Origin: Bdellovibrionota bacterium
Lineage (GTDB): Bacteria > Bdellovibrionota > UBA2428
Length of the DNA stretch: 64,000 bases
Reading direction: 5' to 3'
Assembly: GCA_041750195.1 (NCBI GenBank)
Contig: JBGSZX010000030.1
Location: 15,772-79,771, forward strand
The notes under the pieces were generated by a model. The model did no database searches. It saw only the letters and a program-made list of their open reading frames with translations, and was not told the DNA's origin. Numbering within the stretch: the stretch's first letter is position 1; every line of letters starts with the position of its first letter. The position numbers and the translations under genes are program-made. Shown here piece by piece: positions 1 to 9,956 of this stretch.

Positions 1-250
1 GACTTGGCCAAGATTTTGATTCTTTCTGAATTCGTTTTCTAAAATCCTCAATAGGACACGTCAGCTTCCAAATATGATTTTCAGAGAGTGAGTCATTGGC
101 CTGAGGATACTCTAAACAATCTTTTACAATAGCTTCAGATGGAATGGGAACTTGTGGACCACGAGGAAGTGCCTCCACTTGGGAAATCTGCAAAACTGTA
201 CACAACAACAAAATTGAGAGAAGGCTCTCTCTTCGGACTCTAATTCCCAC
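1..250 (-). CDS. Hypothetical secreted protein, 5' portion only (continues past window start)
   Basis: The minus-strand frame stays open to the window edge. A candidate GTG start lies at 248-250. The N-terminus is hydrophobic (MGIRVRRESLLSILLLCTVLQISQVEA). It is not in the ORF track because it is truncated. Confidence 0.3.
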   Translation of the reverse strand, partial: MGIRVRRESLLSILLLCTVLQISQVEALPRGPQVPIPSEAIVKDCLEYPQANDSLSENHIWKLTCPIEDFRKRIQKESKSWPS

Positions 251-259
251 ATAGAGATC

Positions 260-1000
260 TTATTCTAAGCGATATGCTATCTCAACGTTTGAACCCAAAA
301 CACCTCGCAGAACGTCATAAATGCTAGAACCTTCCAAATTCTTATACATGAAGTGGCACTCAAGCTCATTGACTTCTATTTCACCGGAGTTCGAAGCTCC
401 TTCATTTGAAGGGATGAAGCTAAAGCTAAGACGAACACTATCGTCATTTTCTTGATATCGAACCAAGCCTGGCAACCAAATATCAGCAGTTTCTTTTTTC
501 GAACTGAGGGACTTAGGAGAACTCAATGGACTCTCTACTCGTACTCGAAGTAGGCAATAAGGCATATCAATCGTATCAGAACTCACGCCTAGGGCGGTAT
601 CGAGCTCCTTGACTGGCTTATTGGGGCGAAAAATAAGTGTTTCCTGAACCCTATTCATTCTATTGTCAGCAAAATTTACTTTCAGAGCTTGACCGGTCGG
701 ATCCTTCAAAGAAAAACTAAATTTTAAGGCCGATATGCCAGCGCGCTCCAAGCTAAGTTCAGAAGTCAGTGCGCTAGAAATTTTTTGATGATTCCCGGTC
801 AGTTCGGGGATGACATCAACATTAGAAGTTGTGGCACTAACCAACTGTGGAATTGCCGTTGGGATAGAGACCCGAGTGTATGGTTTTGGAGACCCCCAGC
901 AAAATGCAAAACCAGACCATAGGGTTGTCAATACGATGCCGAACATAACCCATATTTTGAAAAAATCAGCTCTCGTTCCTTTGGAAAATTCCTTTTTCAT
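260..1000 (-). CDS. Hypothetical membrane-anchored or secreted protein
   Basis: ORF 260..1039. The internal ATG at 998-1000 is preceded by a GGA-rich RBS and gives MKKEFSK followed by a hydrophobic helix (FFKIWVMFGIVLTTLWSGFAF). I recognise no family motif. Confidence 0.5.
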   Translation of the reverse strand: MKKEFSKGTRADFFKIWVMFGIVLTTLWSGFAFCWGSPKPYTRVSIPTAIPQLVSATTSNVDVIPELTGNHQKISSALTSELSLERAGISALKFSFSLKDPTGQALKVNFADNRMNRVQETLIFRPNKPVKELDTALGVSSDTIDMPYCLLRVRVESPLSSPKSLSSKKETADIWLPGLVRYQENDDSVRLSFSFIPSNEGASNSGEIEVNELECHFMYKNLEGSSIYDVLRGVLGSNVEIAYRLE

Positions 1001-1237
1001 AGTCCCATCCTTTCCTTGGCTGCCCAGGCAGTTCAACAATCAGGCCAAATCTGGCTGCCTATTTAATAAGGAGCTGGGAAAGCGAAATGCAAAAAGTGAA
1101 TAATATCCGCAAAAATATCGACTAAATTTTATACGATTGTACGCAAAAAGTGTCCGCGCTAAAGGGCTGCAAGGTATCTAAGAAACCAACAACGATATGG
1201 CCAACGATTTGGGCAAAGTAGAAATTCAGATTTCAGA

Positions 1238-2014
1238 TTAAGGTTTGGCTACAATATAGGATATCCAGGAAAGGCAATTTTCGGCCTCGGTTAGCCGTTT
1301 AAAGTTTCCGTCTCCGCCACCATGTTTATCATCACCCTCCCAATAGGTGAATACTTCCGAAAACCCAGCTTCGAGCAAAAGGTCTTTCAGGTCAGGCAAG
1401 GTCCAGTATCGCCAATCATAGGTGAAAACCCGTCTTTGTTTATTTTTCCCTTTTTCCTTGAAATGTATGGAATAAAAACAATCGTGAGTGATTGGATTAA
1501 ATTTTTCACATTCCCAGTAGTACTTAAAGGATTCCACTTCTCGGCTTTCTTCACCCTCAATCATCGCTTCGGTGCCTCCGAAGCAATCCAAAAAGAATAA
1601 ACCTTTTTTATTTAGAGAAGCCCGAACAGATTTAAAATAACTAAGAAGTACTGAGCGTTCCTTAAAAATATAGAAGGAATAATTGAAGGCACAAATCACG
1701 TCAGCCTTATGCCGACGAGCATTTAAAACATTGGTTTCCACATAAACCATTCTCTTCTTTTGTTCTTCATTTAAGGCGGCCCAATGCCGAGCTTTGCCAG
1801 ACTCAATAGGCTCTGCAGAAAGATCGATACCTTTCCCAAAATTTTTCTTTCTTCTAGTAACCCATTGAGCCAAGAGGAGTCCCGTTCCACAAAAATCTTC
1901 TCTAAGATCTGTAGGCAAACGGCCGTACTCCCTAGAGAATTCCTTTTCTATAAACTCAATATCTGATTCTGGACTTTGAACCGAGGCTTCATAGAGTAAG
2001 TACTTGTCCTTCAT
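1238..2014 (-). CDS. Class I SAM-dependent methyltransferase
   Basis: Motif I-like segment EDFCGTGLLLAQW, followed by an acidic post-I residue (GIDLS) and the typical 250-aa Rossmann-fold length. Confidence 0.7.
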   Translation of the reverse strand: MKDKYLLYEASVQSPESDIEFIEKEFSREYGRLPTDLREDFCGTGLLLAQWVTRRKKNFGKGIDLSAEPIESGKARHWAALNEEQKKRMVYVETNVLNARRHKADVICAFNYSFYIFKERSVLLSYFKSVRASLNKKGLFFLDCFGGTEAMIEGEESREVESFKYYWECEKFNPITHDCFYSIHFKEKGKNKQRRVFTYDWRYWTLPDLKDLLLEAGFSEVFTYWEGDDKHGGGDGNFKRLTEAENCLSWISYIVAKP

Positions 2015-2100
2015 GGAGTAAAAAGCATAACCGAAATTATATAGACCGACTATGGCGTAGGTCGACTTTTTTGAAAATTTAAGCTAAGTTCCCCAAAGGC

Positions 2101-2598
2101 ATGCATCAGTCCACTTCGTGTCTCATTGTTGCCCTTAGGCACGCCCATAGAACTGTCGGACTCCCCACAGAAGATAACGGCCTTTCACCAAAAGGACAGG
2201 CACAAACTCAGCGACTGACTAAGGCCATCATAGACAAATGGGGCAAAAGCATTAAATGGAAGCTCCTAAGCAGTCCAAAGCTAAGGTGTCAGGAGACTCT
2301 GTCATTATTAGAAAAAGAACTGGATTTAGAAATCATTGTTAGCCCTGAGCTAGATGAGCAAGGCCCGTCTGAAAGCAGTATCGATATGATTCAGAGAATT
2401 TCACAATTTGTCGAAAATCTGGAGAGCCATCGAGGAAATTATATTTTGTGTTCTCACGGAGATTGGATTCCAATGTTCCAGGAGATAATAGTTGGTCAAA
2501 GTGATTCGATTTCAAAGGCGGACGCGCTCCTTTTCAAAAAAGAAGCGAAAAATATAAAATGGTCATGTTCTTACCTGCCATTAGGATCAAAGACCTAA
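2101..2598 (+). CDS. Histidine phosphatase family protein (SixA/PGAM-like)
   Basis: N-terminal LIVALRHAHR (RHG-type catalytic motif), LSPKGQAQ, and a distal CSHGD histidine motif. Length is about 165 aa, as in SixA-type proteins. Confidence 0.6.
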   Translation: MHQSTSCLIVALRHAHRTVGLPTEDNGLSPKGQAQTQRLTKAIIDKWGKSIKWKLLSSPKLRCQETLSLLEKELDLEIIVSPELDEQGPSESSIDMIQRISQFVENLESHRGNYILCSHGDWIPMFQEIIVGQSDSISKADALLFKKEAKNIKWSCSYLPLGSKT

Positions 2599-2647
2599 AG
2601 AGCCCCTGAGATTTTTTTGTCATCCCAGAGGCAATTTCGTAAAGTAA

Positions 2648-3424
2648 TTATCCGGCTATAAAAGAAATCACAGCGCCCTGTGGATCTTGAATAGTGGCAA
2701 TTCGACCAATAGTTGGAATGTCTTGCGGACCAAACAAAGTTTTGGCGCCCAGTTGAGTTGCCCGTTCCAATGTTCGATCACAATTAGCGACTGATACGTA
2801 ATTTGCCCAATGTGGAGGCATTTTTCCAGCGTCACTTGGCATTGCCATCAAGCCAGCCTGGGGCTCCCCATTTGACTTGAAAATATAATATTTAGGAGAA
2901 CCCTCACCAAACGTTATAGCTTCGGGAGAATAACCAAATGCTTCCGAATAAAATTTACCTGCTCGATCGATATCTGCGGTAACAAGCTCCGTCCAGGCAA
3001 AGAACCCAGGAGTTTTAGAAGTAAATGTTTTATCAGTCATATCACCTGATTTGGTATTTTCCCATGTACAAAAATAGGCGCCAGTAGGATCCTGGTGAAC
3101 CGCTAAAGCTCCAAAATCACCAACAGGTTGCCGAGGAACAATTGTTTTTGCTCCTAATTTTTCTGCCTTTGTAGCAAACTCCGCCAAACTATCTACCGTA
3201 AAATAGGTATTCCAAGTAGGCGTCACTCCTTTTTGAGTAGGCGTTTGCCCCATCAACCCTGCGACACCCTTACCATCGACATTTGCCATCCAATAGGCTC
3301 CACCTTGAGGCGCTTTTTCCTCAGTGAAAGTCCACTGAAAGAGATCTCCATAAAACTTCTTTGAAGCTTCAATATTCGTCGTCGTCAAATCAACCCAACA
3401 AAATTTTCCCTTAGTAATTGTCAT
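2648..3424 (-). CDS. VOC (glyoxalase/bleomycin-resistance/dioxygenase) family protein, two-domain
   Basis: Two tandem halves, each with the FCWVDL.../FAWTELV...A.KFY..FGW pattern typical of VOC-fold proteins. Confidence 0.7.
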   Translation of the reverse strand: MTITKGKFCWVDLTTTNIEASKKFYGDLFQWTFTEEKAPQGGAYWMANVDGKGVAGLMGQTPTQKGVTPTWNTYFTVDSLAEFATKAEKLGAKTIVPRQPVGDFGALAVHQDPTGAYFCTWENTKSGDMTDKTFTSKTPGFFAWTELVTADIDRAGKFYSEAFGYSPEAITFGEGSPKYYIFKSNGEPQAGLMAMPSDAGKMPPHWANYVSVANCDRTLERATQLGAKTLFGPQDIPTIGRIATIQDPQGAVISFIAG

Positions 3425-3621
3425 TCATTTCTCCTTCTATGTCACAGCTGGCAGCCAGTGAAGTCCCCACTTTAGGAGCCTTAATCGTGATTGCAAGGAC
3501 ACCTCAAAAAGGAATAAAAAAAATTGGGGGGCCCGGTGTTAAGCGCGCTACAGCATTACTCAAACTATTCAAACTCCTATTATTTGAGTTTAGATACTTA
3601 AAGACATAAAAACAGGCACCT

Positions 3622-4821
3622 ATGTCATTCAAACACTCTCTTCTCGAAGAAATCTTAAATTGTCCTACTGCGCCCTTCCGTGAACATTTGATCAGAGAAT
3701 TAATCTCAAAGAAAATGTCTCAAGGCAACATTCCTCATTTTGTGGACTCAGTGGGAAATATAGTCGTTGGAGCTTCTTCATCCATTGAGCTAAAAAAAAT
3801 TCTCAATTCAAAATCCAAAAAACCAGTTTTTGCATTCATTGCACACATGGATCATCCAGGACTTCATTTAAAATCTAAACTTAGCTCTCATAAAAATTTG
3901 TTTTGCTTTCGCTGGCACGGCGGAGGCCCGATTAAAGGACTCAAAAATGCTCCTATTTGGCTAGCCGATTTAAACGGGCACTCGAGTATCGGAGAAATAG
4001 TAAGCTTTAAAAGCAATAAATCAAAAACTCAAATCACTGAAGGTGTTCTAAAAATTGCCGATCCTGAATTCGTCACTTCAAAAAATCAAAAAGAAATTTT
4101 TGGAGGTCTCCATTTCAAACAATTTGCTTGGCAAAGTAATTCTAACATTTATACAAAGGCAGCGGATGACCTTGCCGGAGTTTATTCCATTGCCAAATTA
4201 TTTCTTGATTTAAACTCTATGCGTTCATCTCTTCCTATCGTTCCGATCGGTATCCTAACCATTGCGGAAGAAGTAGGGTGGGTAGGCTGTCTCGCTCATT
4301 TTAAGGCCTATTCTCAATGGAAAAAATCCAAAAGAAAAATATTAGCCATCAGCCTCGAGGCCTCAAGAACACTCCCACGGGCTCGAATTGGCGGCGGCCC
4401 TGTTGTAAGGCTAGGTGATAAAATCAGTATTTTTGATCCTGCATACAGCGAGGCTCTTTTCGCCTTGGCCCAGAAAGTATGCCATGGAAAAGTGCAGAAA
4501 TGGGTTATGAATGGAGGCACCTGTGAAGGCAGTGTCACTCAAACCATCGGAATTCCCACGATTGCACTTTGCGTTCCTCTTGGGAACTATCACAATACGA
4601 ATTTCGAAGGAGGACCGCGATGTTCCAAAACAAATCAAGGGCCAGCACCGGAATTTATTAATTTAGATGATCTAGAGGGCATGGTCTTAATCATCAAAGC
4701 ATTATGTTTAAACGGGCTCTCTCCTTCTCATCTAGACTTCAAAGCAAAAAAACTTAGCCTTTTTGCCAGACTCGACAAATATCAAACTGAACTCAAAAAG
4801 TCTCTTTTGCTTATCAAATGA
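3622..4821 (+). CDS. M42/M28-type metallo-aminopeptidase-like hydrolase
   Basis: AHMDHPG (compare the HMDE(I/V)G metal site of M42), DDLAGV, and the AEEVGWVG Glu-Glu motif. Confidence 0.55.
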   Translation: MSFKHSLLEEILNCPTAPFREHLIRELISKKMSQGNIPHFVDSVGNIVVGASSSIELKKILNSKSKKPVFAFIAHMDHPGLHLKSKLSSHKNLFCFRWHGGGPIKGLKNAPIWLADLNGHSSIGEIVSFKSNKSKTQITEGVLKIADPEFVTSKNQKEIFGGLHFKQFAWQSNSNIYTKAADDLAGVYSIAKLFLDLNSMRSSLPIVPIGILTIAEEVGWVGCLAHFKAYSQWKKSKRKILAISLEASRTLPRARIGGGPVVRLGDKISIFDPAYSEALFALAQKVCHGKVQKWVMNGGTCEGSVTQTIGIPTIALCVPLGNYHNTNFEGGPRCSKTNQGPAPEFINLDDLEGMVLIIKALCLNGLSPSHLDFKAKKLSLFARLDKYQTELKKSLLLIK

Positions 4822-4840
4822 TGGTAGAAAGAAAAATATA

Positions 4841-7051
4841 ATGACAAATTGGAAGCCCTCCCAAATTATAATTTTAGAGACAGACCCTTCGTTGGGTGCG
4901 GCTCATATTGTAGAAAGTTCTGATTCATCAGTCTTTAAGATAAGATTTCTCAACTCTGGGGAAGAAAGAAACTATTCAAAAAAAAACCCTCCCTTCAAAA
5001 GGGTCAAGTACCATGTGGGACAAAAGCTTACATCAAGTGAAATTGGTGAAGTTACAATTGAAGAAATATTTGAGCATTCAGATCCAATTAATTTTCGATC
5101 CAACAAGGGGCTTTTTGACGAAAGCTCTATAGTAAAAATGGAACTTAGCTTTGCTCTTACTGATTTGATAAGACAAATGCAAGTATCACAGCCCAAATCA
5201 TTTTTACTAAGAAAAAAATGTTCTGAACTTCTTGACCTAAGGCTCAATCATTCTTTGAAGGGCTTAGTCGGCTGTCGCATAGAATTGATGCCTCACCAAC
5301 TATGGACGGCACACACAATAACCAAATCTGCAATCAATGCCCTTGGCATGAACGAGCCCATAAGGGCCCTTATAGCTGATGAAGTTGGTCTCGGGAAGAC
5401 AATCGAAGCCGGACTTGTTTTCTCAGCGCTACACGCACAAAAGTCGCTAAACAAAGTATTAATTCTGGTTCCAGAGGCCTTAAAGATCCAATGGCTCACC
5501 GAGTTCTACAGACGATTTCACGTAAAATTCAGACTTGATCATGAAGAAACTATCGATGATGAAGATCACCGAGATTTCGTTATCGCCTCCTTAGAAAATT
5601 TAGAAAAAAATATTTCTGAATTTGATTTGCTGATTGTGGATGAGGCACACCGCCTAAGCAAAGACCCAGAAAAAAGAGTACTTTTAGAAGCGATAATAAA
5701 AAATTCAAAACACGTAATTTTTCTATCGGCAACACCTCAGATTTATGGGTCTGCAGCCTACGTTGAGATGTTAGAATTGCTAAGTCCCGAAGGAAAAGCA
5801 CAAGTTTTTCAGACCAAAAGAAGCGAGATCAATTGGCCGTGCCGACGTCGCCTTGAAACGCAAGTAGTGCCCGAAAAGATACAATGGATAAAGGATTTTC
5901 TGAAGAATCAGTCGGACCTCAAAAAAAACGAAAAAGTTTTTCTTATCACTTCTAGTAAAGAGCAAGTCATCGAACTGCATAAAACGCTAGTCGACACGTT
6001 AGGTCCTAAGTTCGCCCTTTTTCACGAGGGAATGGATCTTGTCGAAAGAGATCGACAGGCGGCTTACTTTGCCAACCCCGATGGGGCTCCATTTTTACTT
6101 TCTTCAGAAATTGGTGGGGAAGGGCGCAACTTTCAATTTTGTAAGAACTTAGTCCTTCTTGATATTCCAAGCGATCCCCTCACTGTTGAGCAAAGAATTG
6201 GTCGACTCGACCGGATAGGGCAGCAATACCCTATATCCATTTGGTGTCCGGTCGTGGAAAATTCACTAGAGGAAAAGAATTTTCAACGCCTCAGAGACCA
6301 CTATAAGGTTTTTGAAAAGCCCTGGACTGGTGCTGGCGAAGCTGATTTTGGTGGCGACATTGATGACCTCGATAGTTCAGAATTCGTCAACCTTCGCTTA
6401 GATAGCAAGAATGCAATTTTTAAAAAATTCGATCATAAAGAATCAGAGAGCCTCTTAAAAGGTGCAAAAGAGTTGGCCCAAACAAATATCGAAGATGTCC
6501 TCGAAAGCATTTACGACATATTCGGAATCGAAATTGAGGATCTCGACAGTTTCGGCACCTGGAAGATTGCTCTGACGGCCCAAAGCTTTGTTGATTATTT
6601 TCCTGGACTAGAGGGGTCCGAGGAGCGATCCGTAACGTTTAAGAGGCATCAAGCGCTCGTTCATGAAAATTACTCCTTTTATTCAATTGATCATCCTGTG
6701 ATTATTGATACGGTTGAACTTTTTCTAAACACCAACGAAGGCAAATTTACGATTTGCAAACTCAACAGCGAACTCGATCCCGAGCTTTATTTACTACTCC
6801 AAATCTCTGCGCCCAAGGTTGCAAAGCTGCAACATAGGCTTTGGGCAGTATCCGAACAGCAGTGCTCCGCAGTCAACGCAAAAGAGTTTGCCCGTCTAAC
6901 TCTCACGCCAGACTCCCCCAGCTTGTTTCCCTGGAAAAATATCTCCCCCAATTTCTTTGAACAAATCGCATTACAACTCGAGAAACACATTGCCCTTAAG
7001 GAAGAAGAACGTGTAGACTCATTAATGGCCATTTGTCCGACCAAAGATTGA
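4841..7051 (+). CDS. rapA: RNA polymerase-associated SNF2-family ATPase (RapA/HepA-like)
   Basis: LIADEVGLGKTIEAG (Walker A), LVPEALKIQWLTEF, LLIVDEAHRL (DEAH box), helicase C motifs (LLSSEIGGEGRNFQ, QRIGRLDRIGQ). I prefer the ATG at 4841, just after the stop of the upstream gene, over the track start at 4763. Confidence 0.8.
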   Translation: MTNWKPSQIIILETDPSLGAAHIVESSDSSVFKIRFLNSGEERNYSKKNPPFKRVKYHVGQKLTSSEIGEVTIEEIFEHSDPINFRSNKGLFDESSIVKMELSFALTDLIRQMQVSQPKSFLLRKKCSELLDLRLNHSLKGLVGCRIELMPHQLWTAHTITKSAINALGMNEPIRALIADEVGLGKTIEAGLVFSALHAQKSLNKVLILVPEALKIQWLTEFYRRFHVKFRLDHEETIDDEDHRDFVIASLENLEKNISEFDLLIVDEAHRLSKDPEKRVLLEAIIKNSKHVIFLSATPQIYGSAAYVEMLELLSPEGKAQVFQTKRSEINWPCRRRLETQVVPEKIQWIKDFLKNQSDLKKNEKVFLITSSKEQVIELHKTLVDTLGPKFALFHEGMDLVERDRQAAYFANPDGAPFLLSSEIGGEGRNFQFCKNLVLLDIPSDPLTVEQRIGRLDRIGQQYPISIWCPVVENSLEEKNFQRLRDHYKVFEKPWTGAGEADFGGDIDDLDSSEFVNLRLDSKNAIFKKFDHKESESLLKGAKELAQTNIEDVLESIYDIFGIEIEDLDSFGTWKIALTAQSFVDYFPGLEGSEERSVTFKRHQALVHENYSFYSIDHPVIIDTVELFLNTNEGKFTICKLNSELDPELYLLLQISAPKVAKLQHRLWAVSEQQCSAVNAKEFARLTLTPDSPSLFPWKNISPNFFEQIALQLEKHIALKEEERVDSLMAICPTKD

Positions 7052-7069
7052 GCTTAGCAAGCTGCTCTG

Positions 7070-7087
7070 TTATTATTATTATTATTA
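7070..7087. repeat. (TTA)6 trinucleotide microsatellite in the rapA / XRE-regulator intergenic region
   Basis: Direct read: six perfect TTA units, then TTT. Confidence 0.9.
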
Positions 7088-7149
7088 TTTGTTGAGAATA
7101 ATATTTATTAAGAACCTTTTTTATAACTTTTTAAACCGGAGAATCTATC

Positions 7150-7908
7150 TTGAACATTAGCACCAACTTCATCACCACCTCAGCTGACGCCACCACTGCC
7201 AGAAAAAGGCTTGCTCTTTTAAGAAGATACAAAAGCTTTTCACAGCAATTTGTCGCAAAAAAAATAGACGTATCGTTAAGGAGCTACCAACGTATTGAAT
7301 ACGGAGAACGCGATCTTGATGTTTCTCTTATTTTTAAAATTGCAGAACTGTTTGAGGTTGATGCTAACTTCTTTTTAAACTCAAACACTCCCAAGCCTGA
7401 TTACGTCAAAGCGTTCGAGGAAGCCAAATCGAGGTCTGATAAACACTCCAGTGAAAAAAAATTCCTAGCTCAAAAAACTTTGTCACTAACTAGGCAGTTT
7501 CAGAATGGCCCGATAGCAAGCCCCATGTTGGAACAATATGTTGAAAAATCTGTTTATTCTACCGTGGGAGTTCAAGAACTTGGTATCAACAAAAAAGAGT
7601 TTCGCTGCTCTGATGTCATAGACGCGCCAGAATCTATCATCATGGCCTTTGAAACCTCTTTACAGAATCCGAATAAAATCCTTATCACCGAAGCTGATGT
7701 GACTTTTCCTGAGGTTGGCAAGCGACACATGATTTGTGTCTCAAAATTAAAAAATCCAGCATGGGATCAAATGAAGATTGACGTCCAATTTATTCGCGTT
7801 CCCGAAGAATATCAAGCTATGGGCATTCAACTTGCTGATCTGTATCCTCTCATTATGAATGAGATACAGGGCACTAACGTAATTTTAGCTCCTCCAGTTA
7901 TCGATTAG
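7150..7908 (+). CDS. XRE-family helix-turn-helix transcriptional regulator with an uncharacterised C-terminal domain of about 170 aa
   Basis: HTH_3-like segment LRRYKSFSQQFVAKKIDVSLRSYQRIEYGERDLDVSLIFKIAELFEV. TTG start with GGAGAA 7 nt upstream. There is no in-frame ATG in the first ~125 codons. Confidence 0.7.
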   Translation: MNISTNFITTSADATTARKRLALLRRYKSFSQQFVAKKIDVSLRSYQRIEYGERDLDVSLIFKIAELFEVDANFFLNSNTPKPDYVKAFEEAKSRSDKHSSEKKFLAQKTLSLTRQFQNGPIASPMLEQYVEKSVYSTVGVQELGINKKEFRCSDVIDAPESIIMAFETSLQNPNKILITEADVTFPEVGKRHMICVSKLKNPAWDQMKIDVQFIRVPEEYQAMGIQLADLYPLIMNEIQGTNVILAPPVID

Positions 7909-7943
7909 CAGCTTATTTTAGCAGTTTATTTTTTAGTAAAATT

Positions 7944-8327
7944 CTAAAAAGGCTTTAAGATAGCCAGACAAACGGCCACCGAAAGCAGAAACAAAATAAA
8001 AGCGAATGCTTTTCCTCGATTTTCAACTAATCTTTTACTCAAGACAGGTACAAGCGCTGCGACCACAAGCCAAATCGCAATTTTTGCCTTAGCCCACATG
8101 GGCCATTCAGCACCTGGATATAAGCGTGCTAGGAGTCCCATACCGCCAGTCAAGAGCAACAAGCTTGAAACTCCCGATGCAATCTTGGTCATTTTAGAAT
8201 TTTTTTGTCCAAGAAAGGCAGCCCCTATAAAGCCTGCAAGAAAAACTAAACTTAAAACATGTAATATTTTGTAAACTTCATAGCTCATCGAAAGATGATT
8301 CATAGACGGCAACATGCATTTTGACAA
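7944..8327 (-). CDS. Small integral membrane protein (about 4 TM helices)
   Basis: Four hydrophobic segments in 127 aa. No catalytic motif. Confidence 0.55.
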   Translation of the reverse strand: MSKCMLPSMNHLSMSYEVYKILHVLSLVFLAGFIGAAFLGQKNSKMTKIASGVSSLLLLTGGMGLLARLYPGAEWPMWAKAKIAIWLVVAALVPVLSKRLVENRGKAFAFILFLLSVAVCLAILKPF

Positions 8328-8486
8328 ACTATCATCAGATTAGATTCAGCGTGCGTGCCCTCAAACCGTCTGAGAATGGCCGGACAGGGAATAGGCCAAG
8401 CCCATATCATTTAGTTTACATAATATATATTATCGGCAAGAAAGCATAAATAAAAACAACCCCAATCCTGTGATAAAACAGCACTA

Positions 8487-8690
8487 ATGAAGACAGCCCT
8501 CCATAATCCAATTGAGCATTTTTTTCAGTGCCCGTATTGCTGGCAAAACATTTCCTTTGTCATTGAACCAACAAACGATTCTCAAGACTATATCGAGGAT
8601 TGCGAAGTCTGCTGCAGACCTATTAAAGTAAATTTTTCACTAAATGAAGACGGTGATTTGGAGTTTTACTCTGAATCCATTCATTCATAA
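8487..8690 (+). CDS. CPXCG-motif cysteine-rich small protein
   Basis: CPYCWQ ... CEVCCRPI spacing in a 67-aa protein matches the CPXCG zinc-ribbon-like family. Confidence 0.65.
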   Translation: MKTALHNPIEHFFQCPYCWQNISFVIEPTNDSQDYIEDCEVCCRPIKVNFSLNEDGDLEFYSESIHS

Positions 8691-8706
8691 GCTTTTCCAA
8701 AATTTT

Positions 8707-9948
8707 TTATAGCGTAAGAGAAATTCGCCCCCATAATTCATAACCCAAATTTGTTGAAGAAAATTTAGAGATATTGCGCTGACCCTCTAATAAATTGGAC
8801 TGATATAGCGAAGCCCCTAGACTTGCTGTCGCTTTTTCGCCAATTTTGCTATCACGTTGTAGCTTAACTCCTAGTGCCCCAAGACTATTGAAATAGCCCT
8901 GAACCCACATGACTCCATTTCGAATGCCGGCGACACGCCTAAGCTCCCGATAGCCCAAAGAGGCTTCAATAATTTTTTCACCTTTGTAAAGATATTCTAA
9001 CTCAAACGGATACTGAACTGAGTCGTTTAAAATAGCAGTACGAAGTTTAAACGATAGGCCGCGATACATTAGAAAGTGAGAGATGTCTGGCATTTTAATG
9101 GGCCCTAGACTGAGGGGATGCACATTTGGATCTCCCGAAAAAACATATTTAACGGCTCCGATTCCATAGGCCCAATGGCTTGAACTTAGCCACCTTGAAA
9201 CTTGAGAACCAACCTTGATATCATTTGTAGTAATTCCAATTCCTCTAGACGAATAATCATTGAGTAAGTTTTGCACATCACCAATTCCGCCCCCTCCAAA
9301 TGCACCGCCCAACTCAGTGCCACGGGCATAATTATAAGCATCTTCTTTGGCACGCACATAAGCCATATATTCCATCACATGGCCCCCATTTGTTGCCATT
9401 TGATCTTCCAATGCTTCAGCAAACATGGAAGAATTGTTCATTCCGCCCGCTATCACAGAGTTTAGCCAGCTATCAGGAGGAGCAACACTTGACGTTCCTC
9501 CCGATGATGCCGTGTAGGCACCCCCACTAGTTGTAAGTCCCTCAATGAAAAACATAAAAATACTATTGTGCGGATTGCCTTTAGAGTCCCAGACATAATA
9601 TGGAATTCCACCAACCGATGCCACCCTAGCGCCGTGGCCCAATTCATGGTTTGAAACAAAATAAGCTTCCTGCACTTTTGGCCAAAGAAAGTAGGTTGCA
9701 GCACCCCATGCCAATCTTGTTATTGGGTTTTCGCCCACGAATAAATTTTCATCGACGTAGTCAAAAACGCCGCTTCCGAGCCCCTCGAATTCCAATCCAA
9801 ATTGCCAAAAACCTCGATTTGAAATCATTGAGGGAAAATAAGCAGAGTCAAAACTAAGTGTCCTAGAAAATCTATATTGGCCAGCAAAAATAGATGCAGC
9901 ACTTAATAAGATAGCTATGAGCGAAATTTTTACAGTAAATAACTTCAT
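8707..9948 (-). CDS. Secreted protein with HEXXH motif (putative zinc metallopeptidase)
   Basis: Signal peptide MKLFTVKISLIAILLSAASIFA. HELGH at aa 101-105 (nt 9634-9648). Gly/Ser-rich middle region. The C-terminal part alternates hydrophobic and polar residues, which looks like beta-strand. Confidence 0.45.
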   Translation of the reverse strand: MKLFTVKISLIAILLSAASIFAGQYRFSRTLSFDSAYFPSMISNRGFWQFGLEFEGLGSGVFDYVDENLFVGENPITRLAWGAATYFLWPKVQEAYFVSNHELGHGARVASVGGIPYYVWDSKGNPHNSIFMFFIEGLTTSGGAYTASSGGTSSVAPPDSWLNSVIAGGMNNSSMFAEALEDQMATNGGHVMEYMAYVRAKEDAYNYARGTELGGAFGGGGIGDVQNLLNDYSSRGIGITTNDIKVGSQVSRWLSSSHWAYGIGAVKYVFSGDPNVHPLSLGPIKMPDISHFLMYRGLSFKLRTAILNDSVQYPFELEYLYKGEKIIEASLGYRELRRVAGIRNGVMWVQGYFNSLGALGVKLQRDSKIGEKATASLGASLYQSNLLEGQRNISKFSSTNLGYELWGRISLTL

Positions 9949-9956
9949 TTTAATGC

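Noticed and set aside
3418-3609. 63-aa ORF in the divergent VOC/peptidase intergenic region
   Set aside because: It starts inside the VOC gene start region on the opposite strand and has no RBS or motif. It is probably non-coding promoter DNA.
4763-4840. Upstream start for the rapA-like gene, overlapping the peptidase gene by 59 nt
   Set aside because: The ATG at 4841 lies just after the upstream stop. The extra 26 residues (MPDSTNIKLNSKSLFCLSNDGRKKNI) simply read the 3' end of the preceding gene in another frame.
8328-8486. 159-nt divergent intergenic region with GC-rich patches (gcgtgcgtgccctc...ggccggacaggg), considered as a riboswitch or sRNA
   Set aside because: There is no recognisable conserved riboswitch core and no stable extended pairing by eye. 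It most likely holds two divergent promoters.
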